Assembly: GCA_963666365.2 (NCBI GenBank)
Contig: CAXXNF010000002.1
Location: 896,001-960,000, forward strand
Length of the DNA stretch: 64,000 nt
Direction of reading: 5' to 3'
Source of the DNA: Syntrophales bacterium
GTDB taxonomy: Bacteria; Desulfobacterota; Syntrophia; Syntrophales; UBA2210
Below the pieces are notes generated by a model, which ran no database searches, was not told the DNA's origin, and saw only the letters and a list, made by a program, of their open reading frames with translations. Shown here one piece after another: positions 20,355-29,631 of the stretch. The translations under genes were made by a program, and so were the position numbers. Position 1 is the stretch's first letter; every line of letters starts with the position of its first letter.

Positions 20355-22286
20355 TCAGGTATCCAGTATTCTCACCGTTGTTTCTATGGTACCGGTGCGA
20401 CCGTCCCGGTAATGCACCTTCCCCTTTACCGCCACTTCTCTTTCATCACGATACATGCCCTCGATGAGCTTCAGGTAGAGCCCGTAGACAAAGCGCCTCC
20501 GCACCTTCCCCGTTCTGGTAAGTTCCTCGTCATCGGCATCGAGCAGTTTATAGAGCAGCAGGAATCTGCGAATTCTCATCGGTTCCGGCAGCCGTTCATT
20601 CACCGCCCTCAACTCCGAGAGTATAAGCTGCTCCACCGGCTCCTGCTGGGAAAGATCTGTGTAGGTGGTATAGGGAATCATTCGGTCTTCAGCCCAGTTC
20701 CCCACATTGCCCATGTCGATGTTTATAAATGCCGCAATATAAGGGCGACCCTCGCCGAATACCACCGCCTCCTTGATGTAAGGGCTGAATTTTAAACGAG
20801 TCTCAATAAAATCGGGAGAAAAGGCTCTCCCCTCTTTGTCTCGTATAATCTCTTCCTTTCTTCCGATAATCACGAGATGACCGTCATCATCTATATACCC
20901 GGCATCGCCGGTTTTCAGCCATCCTTCATCGAATGCCGCCTCGGTGGCCTCATAATCTTTATGATATCCCATGAACCGAGACGGACTTGATACAAGCACT
21001 TCGCCGTTTTCAGAAATCTTTACCCGCGTGCGAGGAAGCGGCACCCCTACTGTCTCTGCCTTTACCTCGTCATCGGGTTGAACCTGGAAGATGCCGCCCG
21101 CCTCCGTCAGCCCATAGCACTGCTTCAGATTGAGACCGATGGAACGGAAGAAACGTATCACATCGGGGCTTATGGGATGCCCCCCCGTATAGGCGCTTTC
21201 CAACCGTGCACAGCCGATACGGTCGAGAAGAGGATGGTAGACGGTAAGGGCTGCAAATTGGTGAAGCAGCTTCAGTGAAAGGGGTACGGGGCTTTTTTCG
21301 CTTCTCAGATCGAAGACCCTGCCCCCGATTCGCTCCGCCCAGGAAAAGAACAGACGTTTCACCAATCCCGCATCGGCGATCTTTACACGGATCGACGAGG
21401 CGAGATCCTCCCAGAATCTGGATGAAGTGATGATCACCTGCGGACCGAGCTCACGAAAATCTTCCGTGATTGTTTCCGGCGTTTCGGGAAAATTCATTGC
21501 CATGGCGCCCACCAATGCCACCCCCACACCCCACATCTGATCGACAATCCAGGGAGGCGGTGATATGGAAAGCCAGTTTGAATCGATTCCGATGGGGGCC
21601 GTCTCAAGCCACTTTCTTGCAATGTCAATGAAGTTTGCGTGCGACAGCATGGCGAGCTTTGCCACGCCCGTCGTCCCCGATGTCATTATCATGACCGCAA
21701 TATCATTGGGTTTCCCCTTTTTAATTTCTTCTTCGATCACCCCGGGATGTGCAATTCCGTACCGTTCGCCCAGTTCAAGCAACTCTCGAAAGCTCAAAAG
21801 CCAGGGATCGTCATAGGTGCGCATGCCTGTGGGATCGACATAAATCACCTTTCGCACGGCAGGGATTTTGTCTCTCACTTCTATGAGCTTATCAACCTGC
21901 TCCTGATCCTGGGCAATCACAAAGACCGAATCCGCCCTGTTGAGTCCATGGGCAAGTTCCGCACCAATGGCCGAGGTAAAGAGGTTAAGCGTGACGCCGC
22001 CCAGAGCCTGTCCGGCCAGTTCGCTGAACAGCCATTCCTGATGGTTATCCATAATGATCGCCAGGTGCTCTCCCCGTTTGAATCCCAGCGCCTTTAAACC
22101 CAGTCCTGTTTTTTTGACATAGGACCAGTACCCTTTCCAGTCATGAGCCTGCCAGATACCATAGGCCTTTTCCCGTATCGCCGTACAGTCGGATGAAAGG
22201 GTCGCGGCATGCCGCATCAGTATCTGAGGCAGCGTAAGCCGTTCCATTTCATTCAGGCTTTCTGTGTCAATCTTCTGCATCTTCAT
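20355..22286 (-). CDS. AMP-forming acyl-CoA ligase embedded in the ABC operon
   Basis: TSGTTG..K, YGLTE, WLKTGDAG, LTRTGKVRR. Confidence 0.92.
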   Translation of the reverse strand: MKMQKIDTESLNEMERLTLPQILMRHAATLSSDCTAIREKAYGIWQAHDWKGYWSYVKKTGLGLKALGFKRGEHLAIIMDNHQEWLFSELAGQALGGVTLNLFTSAIGAELAHGLNRADSVFVIAQDQEQVDKLIEVRDKIPAVRKVIYVDPTGMRTYDDPWLLSFRELLELGERYGIAHPGVIEEEIKKGKPNDIAVMIMTSGTTGVAKLAMLSHANFIDIARKWLETAPIGIDSNWLSISPPPWIVDQMWGVGVALVGAMAMNFPETPETITEDFRELGPQVIITSSRFWEDLASSIRVKIADAGLVKRLFFSWAERIGGRVFDLRSEKSPVPLSLKLLHQFAALTVYHPLLDRIGCARLESAYTGGHPISPDVIRFFRSIGLNLKQCYGLTEAGGIFQVQPDDEVKAETVGVPLPRTRVKISENGEVLVSSPSRFMGYHKDYEATEAAFDEGWLKTGDAGYIDDDGHLVIIGRKEEIIRDKEGRAFSPDFIETRLKFSPYIKEAVVFGEGRPYIAAFINIDMGNVGNWAEDRMIPYTTYTDLSQQEPVEQLILSELRAVNERLPEPMRIRRFLLLYKLLDADDEELTRTGKVRRRFVYGLYLKLIEGMYRDEREVAVKGKVHYRDGRTGTIETTVRILDT

Positions 22287-22319
22287 CGATACCGGTCACG
22301 CACTCTCTCGCATTATTTA

Positions 22320-23147
22320 TTAAATTTCCGTTTTATCGCCAAGATAGGCCATAATTACCTCAGGATCGTTTTGTATTTCTTCGGGGGTCCCTTCCGTGAG
22401 CTTTTGACCGAAATTCAAAGCCACCACCCTCTTGGATATAGTCATTACCACCGACATATCATGTTCAACCAGAATCATGGTCTGTTTCCAGGTCTTATTC
22501 AGCTCCACAAGGAACCGGACCATGTCCTCCTTTTCTTCAAGGTTCATGCCGGCGAAGGGCTCATCCAGCACGAGCAGCTTCGGTTCCAGGGCCAGCGCCC
22601 TCCCCAACTCAACACGTTTTCTCAAACCGTAGGGAAGCGAGCCGACAAGCTTCTTTCGGATCGATTGCATTTCCAGAAAATCGATTATTTCCTCCACGAC
22701 CCTGCGGTGTCTGATCTCTTCCTTTCTGACGGATGGCAGAAAGAAACAGGCACTCGCAACATCATAGCGGGTATGGACATGGCGCGCCAGCAGCATATTC
22801 GACAACACGGTCATGCCCGGGAAAAGCTCAATATTCTGAAAACTGCGACCGATTCCCTTTGTCACCAGCGCATGAGTCGGAAGGCCCGTTATATTTTCTC
22901 CGTTGAAAATAATGGTCCCCTTTTGCGGCCGGTAATATCCGGTAAGACAATTGAGCAAACTTGTCTTGCCGGCGCCGTTCGGCCCAATTACCGCCAGCAA
23001 CTCACCTGTTGCCACGGACATGCTGATATCGGAGAGCGCCATCAGACCGCCAAACTTCAACGATAGATCGACCACCGACAGCTCGGCCCTGCGTGATCTC
23101 TCGTCTCTTGATTCAAATATGCTCAGCTGCCCGCGAAATGTCTTCAT
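22320..23147 (-). CDS. LIV-type ABC transporter ATPase (LivG-like)
   Basis: GPNGAGKT, RSFQN, LPYG..KRVELGRAL, DEPFAGMN, VEHDM. Confidence 0.93.
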   Translation of the reverse strand: MKTFRGQLSIFESRDERSRRAELSVVDLSLKFGGLMALSDISMSVATGELLAVIGPNGAGKTSLLNCLTGYYRPQKGTIIFNGENITGLPTHALVTKGIGRSFQNIELFPGMTVLSNMLLARHVHTRYDVASACFFLPSVRKEEIRHRRVVEEIIDFLEMQSIRKKLVGSLPYGLRKRVELGRALALEPKLLVLDEPFAGMNLEEKEDMVRFLVELNKTWKQTMILVEHDMSVVMTISKRVVALNFGQKLTEGTPEEIQNDPEVIMAYLGDKTEI

Positions 23148-23150
23148 GGG

Positions 23151-24353
23151 TTACCTGCTGATAACTTTTACCGGTTCTTTTCCGGGTATGAAGAAATTGG
23201 TCAGGGGAACGAATGTTCCATCTTCTTTTACCTGAACAATCCTTGCCGTGAACGATCCCTCATGATTATCCGGGGAATAGCTTACATCTGGAAGAAGGCC
23301 GCCGAAATGTTCATTTTTGAAGCTTTCCATTGCCTTGTTAATTGATTCCCTGCTGATTTTGCCCGATTGTTCCTTTGCGCGCCTCAGCGCCCGCTCCATG
23401 ATCATTCCAATAGAAACGCCTTCCCAGTATGCAGCGTCAAAGGAATTCACCGTTTTATATTTCTTCCACAGCACTTCCATGATCTCCATGCCTTCGGAGT
23501 TGTCTCCGGGAAGCCCCCCGGGAAATTGAATTCTTAACCGGTCGCGAATAAGTCCTTCACCCATCTTGAAGAAGTCAGGATCAGTGGATGTCCAGGTGCC
23601 GAAGAACTGGGGGGCGTACCCGATACGGTCGGCGCTCTTGAATGTGGTGACGATCGCGGCAGGAAGCATCTGCATGAAGATATAGTCGGCGCCGTTTTTC
23701 TGAAGGCGAAGCAGTTCCGTGGTCAGATCGACTGTTTTCGGAGGAAATTCCTCGATACTGACAATTTCCACACCCAGCTTTTCCGCATACTCGCGGCTCG
23801 GATTATGGATAGATCTTCCGTAGGCATTGTTATAGGTCAGAAGTCCTACTTTCGGTTTTTCACTTTTTCCATGTATTTTCTTTATATATTCAAGGATTGC
23901 ATAACAATCGAGGCGATAGCTCCCGAAGGGAAGGTACATATAGTCGACGGGCGATTCGAGAATTTCCCAGCTTGTGGAATAATTAATCGTGGGAATCTTG
24001 TATCTCTGCACGAGAGGCTTTGCGGCAAGCCCCTCGCCGGCGCCCCATGTCGCAATCATATGTGCCCGATCCCTTACTGCAAATTTCCTTACCGCTGCCA
24101 CGGCCTCCTGAACTTTATACATCGTATCGACAAGAATCATATCGATTTTCTGCCCATCGATACCGTTTTTTGTTTCATTGATGTAGTTGAAATAATCCTG
24201 TTGTCCCTTTGCATGATACTGCCCCCATGTGGAAGCGGGGCCGGTCAAGTTTATGGCTGCCCCGATTTTAATCGTTTCCGCAGCGACCACCGTTCCACAG
24301 GCAAATGCTGCAATCAGCATCACCATGAAGACTATACCTACCGTTTTTTTCAT
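23151..24353 (-). CDS. ABC substrate-binding protein (LIV/PBP type 1)
   Basis: Signal peptide, IKIG...LTGP; AAGGAGG RBS 8 nt upstream of ATG 24353. Confidence 0.9.
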   Translation of the reverse strand: MKKTVGIVFMVMLIAAFACGTVVAAETIKIGAAINLTGPASTWGQYHAKGQQDYFNYINETKNGIDGQKIDMILVDTMYKVQEAVAAVRKFAVRDRAHMIATWGAGEGLAAKPLVQRYKIPTINYSTSWEILESPVDYMYLPFGSYRLDCYAILEYIKKIHGKSEKPKVGLLTYNNAYGRSIHNPSREYAEKLGVEIVSIEEFPPKTVDLTTELLRLQKNGADYIFMQMLPAAIVTTFKSADRIGYAPQFFGTWTSTDPDFFKMGEGLIRDRLRIQFPGGLPGDNSEGMEIMEVLWKKYKTVNSFDAAYWEGVSIGMIMERALRRAKEQSGKISRESINKAMESFKNEHFGGLLPDVSYSPDNHEGSFTARIVQVKEDGTFVPLTNFFIPGKEPVKVISR

Positions 24354-24382
24354 CACATCGCCCTCCTTTTCGGCTTATCACT

Positions 24383-24416
24383 AAAAAAAGGGCCGTGTAT
24401 GTGTTCCACGACCCTC
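24383..24416 (-). terminator. Second (distal) terminator-like hairpin in the ABC operon leader
   Basis: Minus strand AGGGTCGTG-loop-CACGGCCCT followed by a T-run. Confidence 0.7.
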
Positions 24417-24423
24417 AATAACT

Positions 24424-24462
24424 AAAAAGCCGTGGGAGACTCCTTCAGCCTGCCCACGGCTT
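24424..24462 (-). terminator. Attenuator terminator hairpin
   Basis: Minus strand AAGCCGTGGG...CCCACGGCTT(TTT), a perfect 10-bp stem plus T-run. Confidence 0.8.
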
Positions 24463-24479
24463 ATACACTGTTTACTCTT

Positions 24480-24551
24480 CTACAAGCCCGATCGGCAGAC
24501 CTCCCAGGTAAAGCTAAAAAAGTCAAATGTGCATTTCCTGTGTAGAAGCAT
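24480..24551 (-). CDS. Putative Phe-rich attenuation leader peptide MLLHRKCTFDFFSFTWEVCRSGL
   Basis: 23 codons, with four TTT codons within six positions followed by Thr-Trp; purine-rich RBS-like GAGGAAAAGGG upstream; followed by terminators. Too short for the ORF track. Confidence 0.75.
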   Translation of the reverse strand: MLLHRKCTFDFFSFTWEVCRSGL

Positions 24552-24592
24552 TAACCCTTTTCCTCGTACAGCTATTTTTACAACTGGCCCTT

Positions 24593-24621
24593 CTATTAAT
24601 TGTTGTTGCCAAAAATGTCAA
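24593..24621 (-). promoter_or_regulatory. Putative promoter for leader/ABC operon
   Basis: Perfect TTGACA (24621-24616) followed by an AT-rich, imperfect -10 (ATTAATAG). Confidence 0.45.
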
Positions 24622-24631
24622 GCAATTTTTG

Positions 24632-25480
24632 TTATTTTATGTGTTTGAAAAATTTTACGTCCGGCGTCACGACCACTTTCGTCTTTTCGTTCAATGCCGT
24701 TTTGTAGGCCTCGAGACTTCTGAAATATTCAAAAAAATCCACATCCTGCTCGTAGGCCCGGGCGTAGATTTTTATTGCTTCCGCATCACCCTCGCCTTTC
24801 AAATTTTCTGATTCCTTGTAGGCCTTCGCCAGAATAATAGTCCGCTCCATGTCCGCTTTTGCCGTAATTTTCTTTGACTCTTCCTCCCCTTCCGACCGGT
24901 ACTGCCGGGCCTGGCGCTCCCTCTCCGCCTTCATTCTCCCAAAGACGTGCTTTTCGTTCTGTTCGGGAAGGTCGGCACGCTTTATCCTGACATCAACAAC
25001 CTGTATTCCATACTCCTTTGCTTTCAGTGCCGATGCCTCCGTCACTTTGTGCATAATATCGCCCCGCGTTGTCGATACAATATCGGATAGATCGTGCTGC
25101 CCCAGTTCCACTCTGAGCTGCGCATAGACAATATCGTCGAGGCGGGCCTGCGCCCCTGCTTCGGTCCGTACGGTTTTGTAAAACCGCAGAGGGTTTTCTA
25201 TCTTCCACTTGGTATAATTGTCCACTACAAGGTTTTTTTTGTCTTTTGTGAGGATTTCCGTGGGAGTGGCATCGTAGAGTACGATTCTGTTTTCAAAATA
25301 TTCCACCTGCTGAATAAAGGGTATCTTGAAATGAAGCCCCGCCATGGCCACACCATCGATGGGTTTGCCCAACTGTATAACGATTGCCTGCTTGGTCTGG
25401 TCGACCGTGAACACACAAAAAGAAATGCCTATCACGACAACCAGCACTATGACAAATATAATGGGTCCTTTTCTTTTCAT
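24632..25480 (-). CDS. hflC: FtsH protease modulator HflC
   Basis: N-terminal TM, SPFH domain, LTKDKKNLVVD, RMKAERER.A..YRSEG; follows hflK. Confidence 0.95.
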   Translation of the reverse strand: MKRKGPIIFVIVLVVVIGISFCVFTVDQTKQAIVIQLGKPIDGVAMAGLHFKIPFIQQVEYFENRIVLYDATPTEILTKDKKNLVVDNYTKWKIENPLRFYKTVRTEAGAQARLDDIVYAQLRVELGQHDLSDIVSTTRGDIMHKVTEASALKAKEYGIQVVDVRIKRADLPEQNEKHVFGRMKAERERQARQYRSEGEEESKKITAKADMERTIILAKAYKESENLKGEGDAEAIKIYARAYEQDVDFFEYFRSLEAYKTALNEKTKVVVTPDVKFFKHIK

Positions 25481-25491
25481 CGATCCCTCCC

Positions 25492-26541
25492 TCACTTGTC
25501 CTTAGGTATTCCAGAAGTATTTGAGTCCAGCGACAGATGGGGAAGCAAATTGTTCCCGACAGTCCCCTCTACAATAATTTTTTCCACATTGGGCAGAATC
25601 TTTTCCATCATTTCAATGTAGAGCCGCTTCTCCGTAACCTCACGGGCGCTTTTGTATTGGGTGAGAATCTGCTCGAACCTGCTTGCATCACCCTGTGCCG
25701 AAATAATCTTGGATTCCTTGTAGGCAATCGCATCATTTACGATCTGCGATGCCTTCCCGTTGGCTTTCGGCAGTATTTCATTCCGATAGCCGTGCGCTTC
25801 ATTTACCATCTTTGCTTTATCCTCTTTCGCACTGGCCACGTCCTTGAAGGCCGCCATGACCTGATCCGGAGGATGAACATCCTGAAGCTGAACCGCGACG
25901 ATTTGAATGCCCGCATTATAGCCGTTCAAAATATCCTGCAGTATCGACTTTGCATCCTGCTGAACCTGGAATTTCCCCGTCGTAAGAATATCGTCAATGT
26001 TGTTATCGCCTACTACTTGTCTCATCGCTGCCTCGGCGGCATCCTTCACCGTCTTCTCCTGGTACTTGACATTGAAGAGATACTGCACGGCATCACTGAT
26101 TTTATACTGCACGATAAAGGTTAAATTGACTATATTCTCTGCCCGTGTCAGCATCAGGCTTTCGCCGGGCACCGCCCGGTTTGGACCGACTTGACGGTCG
26201 CCGATGCTTCTGAACCCGATTTCAATGCGGCGCACCTGGGTTACTGCAGGTTTCAATACCGTTTCGATCGGGATTGGTAGATGATAGTGCGGCCCCGACA
26301 TGGTGGTTCTCACTGCCTTCCCGAACCGTTTCACCACGCCGACTTCTTCGGGCTTTACCACATAAATACCCGAAAGAAGCCACAGCACTACTACCACGAG
26401 TACAATGATCGGCAACGCGCCGAATTTCCCGCCGAACGGTACCTTAAAGGGGAATGCTTTTTTTACTTTTTCAATCACTTCCTGCAAATCGGGTGATTGC
26501 TTACCCCCCCAGGGATCTCCGCCTTGATCCTGCCATCCCAT
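25492..26541 (-). CDS. hflK: FtsH protease modulator HflK
   Basis: DPWG N-terminus, MLT..ENIV, PPDQV.AAFKDV, RLYIE.ME. Confidence 0.95.
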   Translation of the reverse strand: MGWQDQGGDPWGGKQSPDLQEVIEKVKKAFPFKVPFGGKFGALPIIVLVVVVLWLLSGIYVVKPEEVGVVKRFGKAVRTTMSGPHYHLPIPIETVLKPAVTQVRRIEIGFRSIGDRQVGPNRAVPGESLMLTRAENIVNLTFIVQYKISDAVQYLFNVKYQEKTVKDAAEAAMRQVVGDNNIDDILTTGKFQVQQDAKSILQDILNGYNAGIQIVAVQLQDVHPPDQVMAAFKDVASAKEDKAKMVNEAHGYRNEILPKANGKASQIVNDAIAYKESKIISAQGDASRFEQILTQYKSAREVTEKRLYIEMMEKILPNVEKIIVEGTVGNNLLPHLSLDSNTSGIPKDK

Positions 26542-26657
26542 AAATAAACCTCCCTTTGTATGTTTGCCGGTGCAGAATTCAGCGGCGCCTCATCAATAAG
26601 TGCTCAATACATGACAACCGGAATATCCACCACGCCAATCACTACGATTAGTTCGGC

Positions 26658-26686
26658 ATGCTACCATGCGGTTACCGCACTGTCAA
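26658..26686 (-). promoter_or_regulatory. sigma70 promoter for hflKC with palindromic spacer
   Basis: TTGACA-17 nt-TAGCAT; the spacer holds TGCGGT-N-ACCGCA. Confidence 0.6.
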
Positions 26687-26712
26687 TAGACCCGGCGCAA
26701 AAATGATACTCA

Positions 26713-26741
26713 TTGTACCACAGGAAATCATGTGGTACTAT
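26713..26741 (+). promoter_or_regulatory. Putative promoter/operator for the PMM/PGM gene
   Basis: TTGTAC-17 nt-TACTAT, overlapped by the inverted repeat GTACCACA-N8-TGTGGTAC. Confidence 0.55.
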
Positions 26742-26781
26742 CGTTCCCGCTATCCTTCAATCTAACAAGGAGTCACTCATA

Positions 26782-28137
26782 ATGAATCCGGAAGTCTTCC
26801 GAGAATACGATGTGAGAGGTCTCGTAGAAAAGGACCTTACCTATGAATTTGTTCGCGACTTGGGCAAGGCGGTGGGCGCCCTCGGCGCTGGAAGAGGGGT
26901 GAAGGCAGTGACGGTGGGAAGGGACTGTCGTCTTTCTTCTGAAAATTACCGCAATGCAATTACAGAAGGTCTTGCTTCAGCGGGTATCGATGTGATTGAC
27001 ATCGGGCTTGCGGCAACGCCGATGGTCTATTTTTCGATTCGGCATCTCGGGGTCGGCGGCGGCGTGATGATCACGGGAAGTCACAATCCTCCCGATTTCA
27101 ATGGTTTTAAAATATGCATCGGTGTTGACACCATTTACGGCGAAGAGATACAGCGCCTTCGAACCATAATGGAGCGCGGCGCCTATACCGAGGGTCGCGG
27201 AAGGATTACCGCACAATCCATCACAGATGCCTATTATGAGAGTGTTTCCAAGAATATATCCATAGGCAGTCCTCTCAAAATTGCCGTTGATGGCGGCAAC
27301 GGCGTAGGCGGTTTTTTTTCACTTCCCCTCTTTGAGCGCTTCGGCTGCACCGCTATCCCCATCTACTGTGATATGGACGGGCGTTTCCCCAACCATTTTC
27401 CCGATCCTACGGTAGAGGAAAATCTCGATGATCTGATACGCATCGTGAAGGATAAACGCTGTGCTTTCGGAATCGCCTTTGACGGAGACGCCGATCGTAT
27501 AGGCGTTGTGACAAAGGAAGGTCGCATTGTGCGCGGAGATGAACTGCTGCTGCTGTTTTCCCGCGCTGTTCTGAAGGAACACCCCGGAGCGACGATCATT
27601 GGTGAAGTCAAGTGTTCCCGGATCCTCTATGACGACATTGCACGGCGCGGGGGTCGCCCAATCATGTGGAAAGCGGGTCACTCGCTTATTAAGGGAAAGA
27701 TGAGGGAGGAAAAGGCGCTGCTGGCGGGAGAGATGAGCGGACACCTGTTTTTCGCCGATCGTTATTTCGGATATGATGATGCCCTTTACGCCGCGATGCG
27801 TCTTCTCGAAATTGTGTCGCAATCGAATGACGCCATTGAGGAGTTTCTCTCCGATATTCCCGTCACCTACAGCACACCTGAAATCAGGATCGACTGTCCC
27901 GACCGCGCAAAGTTCGGAGTCGTCGCGGCGGTAAAAGACTTTTTTCGCGGAGCATACAGGATTAACGATATAGACGGGGTGCGGATCGAGTTCGATGAGG
28001 GATGGGGGCTTGTACGAGCCTCGAACACGCAGCCGGTGCTGGTGCTGCGCTTCGAATCCACAAGCGAAAAAGGTCTTGCAAGGATCAGGGAATTGATCGA
28101 AGGGGTCCTTCAAAAGGCAATGACCCATCTGGCATAA
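26782..28137 (+). CDS. Phosphomannomutase/phosphoglucomutase
   Basis: FREYDVRG, ITGSHNP, FDGDADR, GEMSGH, RASNTQP; AAGGAG RBS before ATG 26782. Confidence 0.95.
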   Translation: MNPEVFREYDVRGLVEKDLTYEFVRDLGKAVGALGAGRGVKAVTVGRDCRLSSENYRNAITEGLASAGIDVIDIGLAATPMVYFSIRHLGVGGGVMITGSHNPPDFNGFKICIGVDTIYGEEIQRLRTIMERGAYTEGRGRITAQSITDAYYESVSKNISIGSPLKIAVDGGNGVGGFFSLPLFERFGCTAIPIYCDMDGRFPNHFPDPTVEENLDDLIRIVKDKRCAFGIAFDGDADRIGVVTKEGRIVRGDELLLLFSRAVLKEHPGATIIGEVKCSRILYDDIARRGGRPIMWKAGHSLIKGKMREEKALLAGEMSGHLFFADRYFGYDDALYAAMRLLEIVSQSNDAIEEFLSDIPVTYSTPEIRIDCPDRAKFGVVAAVKDFFRGAYRINDIDGVRIEFDEGWGLVRASNTQPVLVLRFESTSEKGLARIRELIEGVLQKAMTHLA

Positions 28138-28266
28138 GCCGCACTGTCAGTGCCTGCCGTTCCGGTCGTTTGGAGGTGGAACGCGGCTTCCACTAAGCAT
28201 GCAGTGCGTACCCACAGTGCATGCACAGCAGCTATCAGTTGATCACTTGGAAAGGAGACGTAAGTT

Positions 28267-29631
28267 ATGTTTAACTTTTCACAGAAGCACACAAAGCTTA
28301 CCACCCTGTACCTCCTTGGCACAAAGGCGGAGGATCTGGGCTCACAGCTGAGAAAGTACTCCAAGAGAAAAAAAACAATGCTCGTGGTGCCCACACTGGC
28401 CACTGAATTTACACTTGACGAGAATAAACCTGTGTTTTTGAACATTGCACGGCAACTGGGAAAGGTAACCTATCTCAATAAAATTATCTTCGGGCTGGAT
28501 CGCGCCACCGATCAGGAAGCCCACGAGCTTGCCGGCATATTAAAAAAGGCGGGGGTAAAAAATTTTATTATCCAGCACAATGAGGGAAAAACATTCAGTG
28601 CTCTTTACGACAGCCTGAATGAAGCCGGGTTTAAACTGGACCAGCCCGGTAAAGGCCGTAACATGTTCATGTCCTTCGGTGTGGCCCAGGCGCTCGGCGC
28701 CCGTTGTATCGGGGTGCTGGATGCCGACATCAAGAGTTTTCACCGACGGCAGCTTGACAGGCTTTTCTATCCGGTACTTGCGCGAGACTACGAATTTTCC
28801 AAGGCCTTTTATGCACGTATCGGCGACGGCAGAATGTACGGAAGAGTTAAGCGTCTTCTCCTTGATCCTCTCCTTTTATCGTTGAAACGCAAATTTTCCG
28901 ATTCGGGAGACGACAAGTTTCTACGCATTGTCGATTATCTCCTTGCCTACAATTACCAGCTTTCGGGCGAAGTGGCCTTCGATACGAGCCTCCTGAAACG
29001 CATGCACTTTGCCACCAACTGGGGAGTGGAAATCTTTACGCTTATAGAAGTGTATCGCAAGGGGAATAATGTTGCTCAGGTCCAGTTTTCACGGCGTCCC
29101 TTCGACCATAAGCACCAGAATGTATCGATTGAGGATAAGGAGCGTGGTCTCTATAAAATGGCCATCGATATAGTGACGACGATCCTTTCTGCGCTTGTCA
29201 TCGAAGAAGGCCTTGAAATATCGGACTATTTTATTCAGGATCTGACAATAACCTACCTCAATGTGGCCGATGAGTTGATAAAAAAATACGCCGACAATTC
29301 CGCTTTCTCGGGTCTTACCTATGACCGCAGTGCCGACGAAGCCATTGTAAGAACCATCTTCAAAGATGCAATCCTCACCGCCGGCGAGTATCTGACGTCA
29401 CCCTACCGCGTGACGGATCGTTTTTTGCGTTTGCTGCTGAGCGACAAACGGTTCCATAAATATCTCGATATGGGGCTCGACCGTGATTTGCTGGATTACG
29501 AGCGTGAAAATCACAGTCAGCTTTTCGAAGTGCCCCAGACCGTTTCATGGGAACGCATCATAATGAAAATCCCAAGGATTCTCTCGGACATTGACGATGC
29601 AGTGACGAAAGAACGCAAGGTATATGTCTAA
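28267..29631 (+). CDS. Glycosyltransferase, glucosyl-3-phosphoglycerate synthase (GpgS)-like
   Basis: PGKGRNM, DADI (DxD), K.FYAR...GRVKRLLLDPLL, YQLSGE, WGVEI, DHKHQ. Confidence 0.75.
   Translation: MFNFSQKHTKLTTLYLLGTKAEDLGSQLRKYSKRKKTMLVVPTLATEFTLDENKPVFLNIARQLGKVTYLNKIIFGLDRATDQEAHELAGILKKAGVKNFIIQHNEGKTFSALYDSLNEAGFKLDQPGKGRNMFMSFGVAQALGARCIGVLDADIKSFHRRQLDRLFYPVLARDYEFSKAFYARIGDGRMYGRVKRLLLDPLLLSLKRKFSDSGDDKFLRIVDYLLAYNYQLSGEVAFDTSLLKRMHFATNWGVEIFTLIEVYRKGNNVAQVQFSRRPFDHKHQNVSIEDKERGLYKMAIDIVTTILSALVIEEGLEISDYFIQDLTITYLNVADELIKKYADNSAFSGLTYDRSADEAIVRTIFKDAILTAGEYLTSPYRVTDRFLRLLLSDKRFHKYLDMGLDRDLLDYERENHSQLFEVPQTVSWERIIMKIPRILSDIDDAVTKERKVYV

Noticed and set aside
22209..23066. 285-aa plus-strand ORF (similarly 27319-28128, 35117-35956 and 60936-61814)
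   Set aside because: Antisense shadows of well-supported genes.
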